Shown here one piece after another: positions 17,661 to 27,416 of a DNA stretch of 64,000 nt. Each line of letters opens with the position of its first letter. The first letter of the stretch is position 1. The position numbers and the translations under genes are program-made. The notes beneath the pieces were generated by a model. The model saw only the letters and a program-made list of their open reading frames with translations, had not been told where the DNA came from and searched no databases. The stretch spans positions 3,367 to 67,366 of the forward strand of contig JAEEKX010000041.1 of NCBI GenBank assembly GCA_016288655.1, given 5' to 3'. This DNA comes from Bacteroidales bacterium. Lineage in GTDB: Bacteria; Bacteroidota; Bacteroidia; Bacteroidales; WCHB1-69.

Positions 17661-19838
17661 TCATTCCCCCATGGGCACCGTCAGGGAGACCTTGAAGGCG
17701 AAGTTGTCGATCACCTTGTCCAATGAATAGGGCCCGTACCGGTAGAAGATGCCGATGCCGAGTCCAAGCAAGTCCCTGGCTGTCAGAATGTCTTCGATGA
17801 CGATGCCGCTCTCGAAATATCCTTTCTTCATACCGCCCGCCTCCACGCCGAGGTGGTCGCCGCTCCATCGCATCCAGCCGAAACCGATATTTTGGCAAAT
17901 GACGATGCGGGGTGAAAAAATGCCTTCGCGCATTTTGCCGAAGTTGTGGCGGAAAAAGAGCGCCATGTAGGCGTCGGCTACGAACTCACTCGGCCGCATC
18001 GTGGCGAACTGCTCGCGCCCGTAGAAGCCGATCTTGGAATACCCTGATGGCATCACGAACAGCAGCGAGTAGGGGAGGGTGCGGTCAAGCCATCCTCCAA
18101 CAATAGCTATTTCGCTGTAGCCCAGTATTTTGTATTGCTGCAAATGGTGGATGCGCGCATTCAGTTTGTTGTAACTGTAGCCACTGCCGAAGACATGGGG
18201 CAGCCCATGCTCATAGGTGATTTGCAGGGTGGGAAATTTCGATCGTTGGTAAAAGGCCATGTTGCGCGTGCGGTAGGTGGTCTCGTGGTACGCAAACCGC
18301 ACTCCTCCACTTACATAGCAGTTGGTGAAGGAGAAAAATGGATTCTCTTCAGGAATCTCCTCGCTCTGAAAACGATAGGGATAGAGGGTGTGGTTTTGCG
18401 AGTAACCTGCTGCCACATTGAGCGTTATGTTCTTATCTACGCGCATCTGCAGCCGACCGGTCAGGGCGCGGCTGCGGTCGTAGTGGTCAAGAATCCAGTG
18501 GCGGTAGTACTCGCCGTTGAGCAGGCCGCTCTCGTCGCGACTGACCCAGCGAGAGGCGCCGCTCTCCACGATCTCGTCGTAGAACCGCAGTTTCAACATC
18601 AGACTGTGCTTTCGTTCCAACTCCCAGTCGGTCATCACGAACCACTTCCATTGCTTGTCGCCGAAGCCATAGGCGAAGTAGCCGCCGAGTTTGCACCACC
18701 GCGCCAACCGTTCGTTGGTGTATAGCCCCAGTCCAACGCGCCACCCTTCCGTCTGTCCGCGGTTGACGATGCTCGCCACGTCGATGTCGATAGGACCGAC
18801 GGGGATGCAGAGCCGCATGAGCGAGGGCAGCATCTTCCAGCGACGGGTGAGTTTCAACTTCCGACTGAGACTGTCCCACATTTCGTAGGTCTTTGATTCC
18901 TTGATGGTTAGAAGACTGTCGCGGTAGGTTTCCAAATGGCTTTCGCTGGCTCTTTCCGAAGCCACATCCTCCTCCACGTCAATCAGTCCGAAGACGTTGT
19001 TATGCAGGGGCAGGTCGATTTCCAAATCCTTGATTGTCGCCGTGGCGAGGGCGAACGACTCCATCGTGTCGCCGCGCAACGCGATGCGGGGCATCTTCAG
19101 CCGTGCCTCTATCCGCTTGGGGAACCAATACCCGTTTTCGGCCTTCTCGTATTCGTGCGCCACCCGTATCTTCAGGATGGTGTTGGGGTCGGTGGGCATG
19201 GCCTCCAACCGCGTCACAGCATAGTCGCCCAAGTGTACATACAACTTGCCTTTCAACGACCGGAAGGCGACGCCGGAACGGGGCGCGTAAGAAAGGGATA
19301 CGATGGTGTCGCTGCCTGTTTCGATGCTGTCAATAATCTGGTAATCATAGAGTTTCAACGCTTTTTTTGCCAATGGACTGACGTAGGCCACATCCATGAT
19401 GGAAAAATCATCGTCGGCATAAAGGTTGTGGAAATGGACGCGCGAAAGGATGAGGTTGACTGCGGGATCTTCCAGCCCGGATGTCTTGGCGGCGATCATC
19501 CGTTCGTAATGTTTGGAGGGATGCTTGAAGTAAACCTCGGTCACAGACTCGCTGAGGAAAAGGTGCTGGTCGTTGAGGGCGCGTAAGCTGTCGCTCAGAT
19601 ACGAGGGCTGGAGCGACATTTTATGGTATGTTATATACTTGAATGACTGTGAATTGTATGCGCTGTTGGAGTCGCGGTGCTCCGCCACCTGACGCATGAT
19701 GAGGTCGGCCGGATTGACGCCGCCGTGGATGGTGACGTTCTCCAAGGTATGGCGTTGAACCGTGTCGGATTGCGCGGAGGCAACCACAAAGAAGGTGATG
19801 AGGAGCAGAAAGGAAAGCAGGCGGGAGGCGAGGCGCAT
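17661..19838 (-). CDS. DUF5686-like outer-membrane beta-barrel family protein
   Basis: Signal peptide. N-terminal GGVNPADLIMRQVAEHRDSN block and a long Tyr/Gly-rich beta-strand pattern, as in DUF5686 proteins. Assigned from memory of the family only. Confidence 0.5.
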   Translation of the reverse strand: MRLASRLLSFLLLITFFVVASAQSDTVQRHTLENVTIHGGVNPADLIMRQVAEHRDSNSAYNSQSFKYITYHKMSLQPSYLSDSLRALNDQHLFLSESVTEVYFKHPSKHYERMIAAKTSGLEDPAVNLILSRVHFHNLYADDDFSIMDVAYVSPLAKKALKLYDYQIIDSIETGSDTIVSLSYAPRSGVAFRSLKGKLYVHLGDYAVTRLEAMPTDPNTILKIRVAHEYEKAENGYWFPKRIEARLKMPRIALRGDTMESFALATATIKDLEIDLPLHNNVFGLIDVEEDVASERASESHLETYRDSLLTIKESKTYEMWDSLSRKLKLTRRWKMLPSLMRLCIPVGPIDIDVASIVNRGQTEGWRVGLGLYTNERLARWCKLGGYFAYGFGDKQWKWFVMTDWELERKHSLMLKLRFYDEIVESGASRWVSRDESGLLNGEYYRHWILDHYDRSRALTGRLQMRVDKNITLNVAAGYSQNHTLYPYRFQSEEIPEENPFFSFTNCYVSGGVRFAYHETTYRTRNMAFYQRSKFPTLQITYEHGLPHVFGSGYSYNKLNARIHHLQQYKILGYSEIAIVGGWLDRTLPYSLLFVMPSGYSKIGFYGREQFATMRPSEFVADAYMALFFRHNFGKMREGIFSPRIVICQNIGFGWMRWSGDHLGVEAGGMKKGYFESGIVIEDILTARDLLGLGIGIFYRYGPYSLDKVIDNFAFKVSLTVPMGE

Positions 19839-19853
19839 CGTCGTCGGGGAGCT

Positions 19854-20270
19854 TTACTCTACGACTTTGCGCAGGAAGGTGCCGTTGGCGTCGAACTCGC
19901 AACGGAGACCGTCATTGTAAGTGACTTTGGTGATTCCAGTCGAAGGGTTGCGGTTGATTCTGACGGCATTGCGGGGATTCTCGCCGTGAGCGACGATGGC
20001 CTGACGCAGTTGCTGGCTCAGTACTTGCGTGATGTCGCTGGAAAAAGACTCCACCTCGATCCACTGTCCGTCGGAATTGAATCCAACCGTAATATCAGAC
20101 GACAACTCTACACGGTACGCCATTTCGGAGTGGTCGTAAAAGGATATGCCGGTTTCCGTCGCATCCGGGAAAAAGGTGTTGATGAAGTGGTCGGCTTCCG
20201 TCGGCAGCGTCTGTGCTTGACAAAATGTGATGCCCCAAAGGCAAATGGCTATAAGAAGGAGTCTTTTCAT
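19854..20270 (-). CDS. PepSY-like (DUF2874-type) exported protein
   Basis: Signal peptide MKRLLLIAICLWGITFCQAQ, then two repeats of the pattern FP.A....yev.l......v.F...G.W.EVE. Confidence 0.55.
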   Translation of the reverse strand: MKRLLLIAICLWGITFCQAQTLPTEADHFINTFFPDATETGISFYDHSEMAYRVELSSDITVGFNSDGQWIEVESFSSDITQVLSQQLRQAIVAHGENPRNAVRINRNPSTGITKVTYNDGLRCEFDANGTFLRKVVE

Positions 20271-20329
20271 CGGAGGATTTATTTGAAGATTAAACACGCT
20301 GCAAACATACGAAATTTTTTTCAGAATGG

Positions 20330-21292
20330 TTATCTCACGCGTAATTTTCTGCCAATCTGTAAAATCGTGGTCTCTTTGATGTGGTTGAGTTTGCAAAGTT
20401 TGGAGATGGTGGTGTGGTATTTCTTGGCGATTTTCCCGAGGTTGTCGCCTTTGCGGATGGTGTAATAGACTTTGGATGAAGTGGATGTGCTGGCGTGGCT
20501 CTGCGTGGGTGTGGAGGAGGGTTGCACGGCCACGGCACGGTTCGAATACTGGGAGGCAGGATTGTAGTATTGTTTGTAAATGGTGACGGTGTCGGTGCGC
20601 AGGCAGTTGTTGGTCACATCGACCACGCGTTCGGGGTCGAAGGCCTTGCCCATGTATCGGGTCTCGAAGTGCAGGTGCGGACCGGTGCTGCGGCCGGTGC
20701 TGCCCGCTAAACCGATGACTTCGCCTGCGCTAACTACCTCATTCTCTTTGACTAAGATCTTGGATAGATGGGCGTAATAGGTCTCTAAACCGTTGGGGTG
20801 GCGCACGATGACTAAATTGCCATACCCGCCGGTGTTGCTGCTGCCCTCGCTGATGCGCACGATGCCGTCAAAGGCACTGTGGATGGAGTCGCCGATGTGC
20901 TGCGGGATGTCGATGCCGCGGTGTGGACGTTTGTGACGCCAGCCGTAGCGCGAGATCACGTAGCCCTTCGCGGGCATGCAGAACTTGTGCGTTGAGTCGC
21001 GCAGGATCAGCGTCACGCTGTCGGGCATGGCGCTCACGTCAATCTCTTTGTATGCGTGGATGGCCTCCGTGTCCCAGTTCGCCATCAGTGATTCCTCGTC
21101 GATGTCGGGACGTTCCAACTCCAAATATTCCCAGGTATAATCGTCGAAAAGAATGACTTTCTTGAATTTGTCGGCCGTGCAGAGCGTGTCAATGGCCACG
21201 GCGTCGGGCGTCTCGCGGTCGTTGCTCTCCTGCGCGAACGCAGTCGTCGTGCCCAAAAGTAAAACAAGCAATAGTATGTGGAATCTCTTCAT
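20330..21292 (-). CDS. M23 family metallopeptidase with C-terminal LysM domain
   Basis: HRGIDI, and GSTGRSTGPHLHFE (HxH zinc motif). C-terminal LysM YYTIRKGDNLGKIAKKYHTTISKLCKLN. Start at MKRFHILL. Confidence 0.85.
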   Translation of the reverse strand: MKRFHILLLVLLLGTTTAFAQESNDRETPDAVAIDTLCTADKFKKVILFDDYTWEYLELERPDIDEESLMANWDTEAIHAYKEIDVSAMPDSVTLILRDSTHKFCMPAKGYVISRYGWRHKRPHRGIDIPQHIGDSIHSAFDGIVRISEGSSNTGGYGNLVIVRHPNGLETYYAHLSKILVKENEVVSAGEVIGLAGSTGRSTGPHLHFETRYMGKAFDPERVVDVTNNCLRTDTVTIYKQYYNPASQYSNRAVAVQPSSTPTQSHASTSTSSKVYYTIRKGDNLGKIAKKYHTTISKLCKLNHIKETTILQIGRKLRVR

Positions 21293-21327
21293 AAGGTCAT
21301 GTTTAGTACAGAAATTTACAACGTAAA

Positions 21328-21358
21328 ATTTCACCAGATTATTATAAATAAGGTGAAA
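21328..21358 (-). terminator. possible intrinsic terminator after rsgA
   Basis: On the minus strand, TTTCACC-N17-GGTGAAA followed by TTTT. The loop is AT-rich and the stem is weak. Confidence 0.35.
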
Positions 21359-21382
21359 AATGGGAAGAAAAATTGAAAACCG

Positions 21383-22327
21383 TCAACGAAGTTGCCATTC
21401 GGCAAGGTTCATGTCGCTGTCGTTCAGGATGTTGAGGTAATTTTCGTAACGATGTGGGGCGATCTCGCCATCTTCCAGCGCCTGTAACACGGCGCAACCC
21501 GGTTCGTGGGTGTGCGAGCAGTCGCTGAAGCGGCAACGGTTGTTGTATTTCCGGATTTCTGGAAAATAGTCGCGGATCTCTTCCGGACGATAGCGGATCA
21601 GCCCGAACTCCTTGACCCCCGGGGTGTCGATGAGAAAGCCGTCGCCCACAGCGAACATGCTGGCGAAAGTGGTGGTGTGCGTGCCCTTGCTGTGAACGTC
21701 GGAGATCTTGCCCACCTTCAGGTTCAACGTGGGATCTATATGATTGATAATGGCCGACTTTCCCACGCCGGAGTGACCGCTGAAAAGCGACACCTTTCCG
21801 GCCATCAGCGCCTTCAATTCCGCCATGCCCTCGCCCGTGACCGTGGAGGTGCGGAGGGTCGGGTAGCCGATCTTCTCATATATCGCTTCCAAAGCGGCAA
21901 TCTCCTCTTTCTCTTCTTCGGAATAAATATCTATTTTGTTAAAAATCAGATGAGTATGAATGCGAAAACCCTCGGCAGCCACCAAAAACCGATCGATGAA
22001 GCCGAGCGAAGTGCGCGGATCTCGCAATGTGACCACTAAGAAGGCCTGGTCGATGTTGGCGGCGATGATATGCGAGATCTTCGATAGGTTGGTACTCTTG
22101 CGGTCGATGAAGTTCCGGCGCGGTTCCAATGTCGTGATGTAGCCGCAACCGTCCTTTTCGACGAGGAAACGTACGCGGTCGCCCACCACCACGGGGTTTG
22201 TCGTCTTGATGCCCTTGGTGCGGAACTGCCCGCGCAGTCGGCAACTGACGATGCCGCCGTCGTCGGTGCGCACTTCGTACCAACTGCCCGTTGAACGCAT
22301 CACCAATCCGGATATCAACTCACTCAT
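21383..22327 (-). CDS. rsgA: ribosome small-subunit-dependent GTPase A
   Basis: GHSGVGKSAIIN P-loop, permuted GTPase order, C-terminal zinc knuckle CRFSDCSHTHEPGCAV. Confidence 0.95.
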   Translation of the reverse strand: MSELISGLVMRSTGSWYEVRTDDGGIVSCRLRGQFRTKGIKTTNPVVVGDRVRFLVEKDGCGYITTLEPRRNFIDRKSTNLSKISHIIAANIDQAFLVVTLRDPRTSLGFIDRFLVAAEGFRIHTHLIFNKIDIYSEEEKEEIAALEAIYEKIGYPTLRTSTVTGEGMAELKALMAGKVSLFSGHSGVGKSAIINHIDPTLNLKVGKISDVHSKGTHTTTFASMFAVGDGFLIDTPGVKEFGLIRYRPEEIRDYFPEIRKYNNRCRFSDCSHTHEPGCAVLQALEDGEIAPHRYENYLNILNDSDMNLAEWQLR

Positions 22328-22354
22328 TCCATGTTGTTTATGTTATCTCAGGAG

Positions 22355-24130
22355 CTACATCTTCTCCGGCACGTTGATGCCGAGCAGCGCCATAGCGTTC
22401 TTGATGACTAAGGCGGTCATCTCGGAAATCTGCAGGCGCAGAAGCCGTTTGTCGGGGTCGTTCTCCTTGAAGATGGGGGTCTCCTGGTAGAAGCGGTTGA
22501 ACTCCTTGGCGAGGTCGAAGGCGTAGTTGGCGATGAGCGCGGGGCTGAAGCCGTTGCCCGCCGCCTGCACCACTTCGCGGAAATCGTACAGGATCTTGAT
22601 GATGTCTTTTTCCGCCTTGCCCAGCGGGGATTTCGGGGTGGCGGCGCTCACATCGATGCCGTTGTCGCCGGCCTTGCGCAGCAGCGAGCGGATGCGTGCG
22701 TGCGTGTATTGCAGGAACGGACCCGTGTTGCCGTTGAAGTCAATGGACTCCTCGGGGTTGAAGAGCATGTTCTTCTTGGGATCCACCTTGAGAATGAAGT
22801 ACTTGAGCGCGCCGAGTCCGATCATCTCGTAGAGTGCTTCGGGCGTGGTGCCGCCGCCGTCCTTGCCCAGTTCGGAGGTTTTCTCGCGGGCTTGGAACAC
22901 CATCTCCTCCATCAGATCGTCGGCATCGACGACGGTGCCCTCGCGCGATTTCATCTTGCCGTTGGGCAACTCCACCATGCCGTAGGAGAGGTGGTGGATG
23001 TGCTTCCCGAACTCGCGCCCCAACTTCTCCCCGATGACGATTTTGAGCACGTCGAAGTGGTAGTTCTGCTCGTTGCCGACGACATAGATCATCTGCTGCG
23101 GGTGGAACTCCTCGTGGCGCAGTTGCGCCGTGCCGAGGTCCTGCGTCATATACACGGAGGTGCCGTCGGAACGCAGCAACACCTTTTCGTCCAGCCCCTT
23201 GTCGCGCAGATCCACGCGCACCGAACCGTCGGTGTGGCGGTAGAAGGCACCCTGTTGCAGTCCCTCTTCCACCAACGACTTGCCGAGAAGGTATGTATTT
23301 GATTCATAGTAGGTTTTGTCAAAAGTGATGCCCAAACGGCGATAGGTCTCGTCGAAGCCGGCATAGACCCAGCCGTTCATCTGGTTCCACAGTTGGCGCA
23401 CTTCGGGGTCGTTGGCCTCCCATTTGCGCAGCATCTCCTGCGCCTCCAACATCAGCGGAGCCTGCTTCTCGGCCATCTCCTTGGCCATGCCGCCCGCCAC
23501 CAACTCGGCAATCTCCGCCTTGTAGTGTTTGTCGAACTCCACATAGTACTTGCCCACAAGGTGGTCGCCCTTGATGTGGGCGCTTTCAGGCGTCTCGCCG
23601 TTGCCGAATTTCTGCCATGCCAACATCGACTTACAGATGTGTATTCCTCTGTCATTCACTAAGTTGACTTTCACCACGCGCTTGCCGCAGGCCGTCAGGA
23701 TGCGCGATACGGAATCGCCTAACAGGTTGTTGCGGATGTGCCCGAGATGCAGCGGCTTGTTGGTATTGGGGGAGGAGTATTCGATGAGCGTCACCGGCTC
23801 GTCTGCGGCGGCACGGGTGTAGCCGTACTCCATCTGCTCGCGGTTTTTGTCTAGGAAATCCAACCACACCGCATCTGGGAAGGAGAGGTTGAGGAAGCCC
23901 TTGACCACGTTGTACTCGCAGCCGGTCAACTCCTTCATCTTCGCACCCAGTTCGGCGCCCACTGCGTCGGGCGACTTCCTCGCCTGTTTCACGAATGAGA
24001 AGACCACGATGGTGAAATCACCCTCAAACTCCTTCTTCGTCTTCTGGATGAGTGAAGTGTCCGGTGTCCAGTCAATTTGATATAAGTCGTATAATGCTGT
24101 TTTTAAGGCATTTGCCAATTGATTTTTCAT
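22355..24130 (-). CDS. argS: arginine--tRNA ligase
   Basis: SSPNTNKPLHLGHIRNNLLGD (HIGH) and the class I architecture, 591 aa. Confidence 0.95.
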   Translation of the reverse strand: MKNQLANALKTALYDLYQIDWTPDTSLIQKTKKEFEGDFTIVVFSFVKQARKSPDAVGAELGAKMKELTGCEYNVVKGFLNLSFPDAVWLDFLDKNREQMEYGYTRAAADEPVTLIEYSSPNTNKPLHLGHIRNNLLGDSVSRILTACGKRVVKVNLVNDRGIHICKSMLAWQKFGNGETPESAHIKGDHLVGKYYVEFDKHYKAEIAELVAGGMAKEMAEKQAPLMLEAQEMLRKWEANDPEVRQLWNQMNGWVYAGFDETYRRLGITFDKTYYESNTYLLGKSLVEEGLQQGAFYRHTDGSVRVDLRDKGLDEKVLLRSDGTSVYMTQDLGTAQLRHEEFHPQQMIYVVGNEQNYHFDVLKIVIGEKLGREFGKHIHHLSYGMVELPNGKMKSREGTVVDADDLMEEMVFQAREKTSELGKDGGGTTPEALYEMIGLGALKYFILKVDPKKNMLFNPEESIDFNGNTGPFLQYTHARIRSLLRKAGDNGIDVSAATPKSPLGKAEKDIIKILYDFREVVQAAGNGFSPALIANYAFDLAKEFNRFYQETPIFKENDPDKRLLRLQISEMTALVIKNAMALLGINVPEKM

Positions 24131-24166
24131 AAAATGAGAATGTTAGAATGGGGGTAAATAAGTGAA

Positions 24167-25360
24167 TTAGTCGTCAAGGACGTCGTCGAAGTCGCGCCAA
24201 GCCCACTTGCCGGTGACTTTCCCCTGCTCCACGCGGATGATGCCCGGGTTGGAGTGGATGGCGTCGCGCACGAAGTAGGGGCCTTTGGCCACATCGAAGT
24301 AACTGCAACAGAGAATTTCAAAAGGTATCTTGTTGTCCTTCACGAACTTGTCAATCTCCACGCGCGGGGTGTTGGTCAGCCCGTAGAAGTCGCAGTCGTG
24401 GGTTTTACAATATTGGATAATCTCTTGCAAATCATCATCTTGCAGGGCCTCCATTTCTGTCTGGTCCAAATCCTGCATGAAGAGCAGGTAGAGCGGACGT
24501 TTGTTCTTCTTGTTGATCAGACTGGATTTCAGGTCGTTGTTGTCCTTGTCCTCCATGGTGAAGTTGTAGTTCTCGGCGCGCACGAACTTCTGGATGGTAT
24601 CGGTCTCGTCGGAAACGTACTCCATATTGTATATAGGACTGTCGTCGGGCAGTTCCGCCATCTCCTCCTCGGTGATCTTGACCACTTCACCTGTGGCGGT
24701 ATCTTGGTAGATGAAGACGGACTTGGTGATAAGATCTTGGTCTATATACTTCTCAGTCAGGTCGGTACCGATCTTCCAGTCGCTGTTGTCCTTGAGGGGA
24801 AGATGGCGGTAGCAGTGGGCTTCGAGGATGAGGCAGGAGATGCAGGCGATTCCGAAGACCACCCATTTCCCGAGAGCTGTCATCCGCACATCGGGGATGC
24901 GTTTGCGGTAGAAGAATACGATGACGGTGGGAATGATGAGTATCACATTCTTCATAAATGTCTGGAAATTAGTAAGTTTTACCTCTGTTCCGAAGCATCC
25001 GCAGTCTTTGACTACGTTGAGGTTGTAACCGTAATTTTTTTCCAGGTGTTCTGCCAAGGCAAGCCAGGCCGTCAGCAACAGGAAGAAGGCCATCATGATG
25101 AGGTAGAGACTGGAAGTGAGTTTGATGTTGATTTTCACGAGCATCATCACACCGAGCACGAACTCTATCATCGGCATGACGAAAGCGGCGAAGGTGCTGA
25201 AAATCTGGAAGAAAGAGAGGTGGAACGAGAAAAAGTAGTCGTCAAAGGTGTAGGAGGTGGCCACGGGGTCGAGGGCTTTGGCTATGCCGCTGTAGATGAA
25301 CACGCACGCGATGGCGATGCGTAGGATCATGATGATGATGGGTTCTTTGTTGGCGTTCAT
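24167..25360 (-). CDS. DoxX/MauE-like membrane protein with C-terminal thioredoxin-fold-like domain (BT_3928-type)
   Basis: Four or five N-terminal TM helices, the DCGCFG motif typical of MauE/DoxX-type proteins, and a soluble ~200 aa C-terminal domain. Confidence 0.65.
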   Translation of the reverse strand: MNANKEPIIIMILRIAIACVFIYSGIAKALDPVATSYTFDDYFFSFHLSFFQIFSTFAAFVMPMIEFVLGVMMLVKINIKLTSSLYLIMMAFFLLLTAWLALAEHLEKNYGYNLNVVKDCGCFGTEVKLTNFQTFMKNVILIIPTVIVFFYRKRIPDVRMTALGKWVVFGIACISCLILEAHCYRHLPLKDNSDWKIGTDLTEKYIDQDLITKSVFIYQDTATGEVVKITEEEMAELPDDSPIYNMEYVSDETDTIQKFVRAENYNFTMEDKDNNDLKSSLINKKNKRPLYLLFMQDLDQTEMEALQDDDLQEIIQYCKTHDCDFYGLTNTPRVEIDKFVKDNKIPFEILCCSYFDVAKGPYFVRDAIHSNPGIIRVEQGKVTGKWAWRDFDDVLDD

Positions 25361-25399
25361 ATTCGTTTTACTTAATGGATGACTTGGAATGAAAAAGGG

Positions 25400-25951
25400 T
25401 TATTCCTCATAGAGTTTGATGAGGGCGAAGACGGCGTAGTTGATGATGTCGAAGTAGTTGGCATCCAACCCTTCGGAGATGACGGTCTCGCCGCCGTTGT
25501 CCTCTATCTGTTTGATTCTCAATAATTTCATAAGGATGATGTCGGTCAGCGAACTGCGACGCATCTTGCGCCAGGCCTCATCGTAGTCGTGGTTCTTGTT
25601 GCACATGAGGTCCTTGGCGGCTTGCAGTTGCTTTTTATAGCGCTCGATGGCCTCTTCGGCGGGCATCAACTCCTCGATGGTGTTGGCCACGCCGAGTTCG
25701 AGTTGGATGAGTGCCATGGCGGAGTAGTTGATGATGCCGATGTATTCGGGGATGACACCTTCATCGACCAATGCTTCTCCTTTTTGTTCTATACTTCTGA
25801 TTCTCTGTGCTTTGATATAGATCTGGTCGGTCATGGAAGCGGGCCGCAGAATGCGCCACGCCGTTCCGTAGTCCAGCGCCTTCTTGGAAAAGATGTCGCT
25901 GCACTTTTCAAATACCATGTCGAACTCTTCGCTGGTGGTCATCTTCTTCAT
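25400..25951 (-). CDS. DUF1599 domain-containing protein (two repeats)
   Basis: An internally duplicated helical module: YGTAWRILRPASMTDQIYIKAQRIRSIE and YDEAWRKMRRSSLTDIILMKLLRIKQIE. Confidence 0.6.
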   Translation of the reverse strand: MKKMTTSEEFDMVFEKCSDIFSKKALDYGTAWRILRPASMTDQIYIKAQRIRSIEQKGEALVDEGVIPEYIGIINYSAMALIQLELGVANTIEELMPAEEAIERYKKQLQAAKDLMCNKNHDYDEAWRKMRRSSLTDIILMKLLRIKQIEDNGGETVISEGLDANYFDIINYAVFALIKLYEE

Positions 25952-27348
25952 TCTATGATTTTTAATTCTTTCAGGGCGTCGGAGATCTCATTCTCGACGA
26001 TATCTTTCTTGATGATTTTCTTGTCCTTGTCTAAAATGAACATGTAGGGGATGGCGCGGAGGTCGTAGAGGTCCTTGGCATTGATTTCGCCTTGAAAGTC
26101 CCAGCCGTGAAGATACTTGGGGTTGGCCTTCTCCTGGAGGTAGCGGCGCCAGAGGGCTTCGTCGTCTTCAAAGTAAATGGTGACGACCTTGAGTCGTCCG
26201 CTGGCGATGGCGCGGTTGAGTTCGTCGTTCACGGCGAGGCGGCCGCGTACCTCGGTGCAGGTGGGACAGTCGGGATTCTGGAAGTAGAGCAGGAGGTACT
26301 CGCTCTCCACCGCATGGAGGGATGATTTCGTGCCGTCGCTCCAAAGCACGGGAAAGTCGGGGGCGACGTTGCCGGGCAGGTTCTTGTTGTAGATGTCCAT
26401 TTCCCGCTGGTAGAAGTTGCGATCGGATTGCGACAACCCGTTGTATGCCAGCGCATTCTTGAGCATGGCGCGGTAGATTTCCTCGTTCCAGTAGGCGGTG
26501 CCGATGGTGCCGAAGGTCTTCTGCAGCCACTCGAAGAAGAAGTGGTAAGTGCGCGAGTCGGCTTGGGCCTGGGTGAGCAGCAGGGCGGCATAGCGGCCGG
26601 CCTCTTCCGGCGGCAGGTAGAGTAGGTTAGCGGCGAACTCGTATAGACGATAGACCACCATGGGTGTGGAGAGCATGCGCGTGTCGGCGAAGGGATAGTA
26701 GTCGAAGGCGTGCTCGATGGTGTAAACCAGCAGCATACCGCGGTTGCGGTAGTATTCTTCGGGCGGCAGCGGGATCTCCTGCGAGAACTGCACGATGGAG
26801 GCGAGCAGCGTGCCCGCATTCTCCTCCATCACCTGACGCTTATATGCCTCCGCCTCCTGCATGATCTGCTGATCTTGCGCCATCAACTTTTCAGCCAACG
26901 TCTGCAACATGTAGGGCTGCATGGTCTTCTGGGCATCTTGAAACTCCTGACGCAGTGCGGCACGCTGGTTTTGGTAAGCAGCGGATTTCTTGTTGTATTC
27001 TAAACAGTTGGCGTTTTCCGGACTGTCTTCGAAAACCACATCTTCCAGACCGTTGACACGTACGGTCATGCTCTGTTTCTTCTGCTCGGAGATAAGCAGG
27101 TCGAATAGCAGCGAAGTGTCAGCGTACACCTGATAATGTCCGGGTCGCAGCACGCTTTTGCTCTTCAGGACCGTTTTCGCGGAGAAAGGCACCGACAGCG
27201 TATCGCAAAAATCGCGTTTGCCGTCGAACATCTTCAAATGCAGTGAGTCGGCGTGGATGCTGCTGTTGACCGTCAGCGTGAATCCTTGCGCCACACTGTA
27301 CAAGGGCAGCAGTGTCAATGCGAATATGATGATGAGGATTTTCTTCAT
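25948..27348 (-). CDS. DUF5106-like exported thioredoxin-fold protein (CPTC), paralog B
   Basis: Signal peptide. C-terminal YLLLYFQNPDCPTCTEV..AIPYMFILDKDKKII thioredoxin/TlpA-like module. Overlaps DUF1599 by 4 nt. Confidence 0.7.
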   Translation of the reverse strand: MKKILIIIFALTLLPLYSVAQGFTLTVNSSIHADSLHLKMFDGKRDFCDTLSVPFSAKTVLKSKSVLRPGHYQVYADTSLLFDLLISEQKKQSMTVRVNGLEDVVFEDSPENANCLEYNKKSAAYQNQRAALRQEFQDAQKTMQPYMLQTLAEKLMAQDQQIMQEAEAYKRQVMEENAGTLLASIVQFSQEIPLPPEEYYRNRGMLLVYTIEHAFDYYPFADTRMLSTPMVVYRLYEFAANLLYLPPEEAGRYAALLLTQAQADSRTYHFFFEWLQKTFGTIGTAYWNEEIYRAMLKNALAYNGLSQSDRNFYQREMDIYNKNLPGNVAPDFPVLWSDGTKSSLHAVESEYLLLYFQNPDCPTCTEVRGRLAVNDELNRAIASGRLKVVTIYFEDDEALWRRYLQEKANPKYLHGWDFQGEINAKDLYDLRAIPYMFILDKDKKIIKKDIVENEISDALKELKIIE

Positions 27349-27368
27349 GAATTAAAAAAATGAGCGTG

Positions 27369-27376
27369 CAAAAGTA
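27369..27376 (-). promoter_or_regulatory. candidate -7 box TACTTTTG (minus strand)
   Basis: The reverse complement of CAAAAGTA matches TAnnTTTG, 21 nt upstream of the 27348 start. Confidence 0.45.
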
Positions 27377-27416
27377 CGATTTTATTGGGAATTAGAGGTT
27401 GTGATTTCAAGTGGGT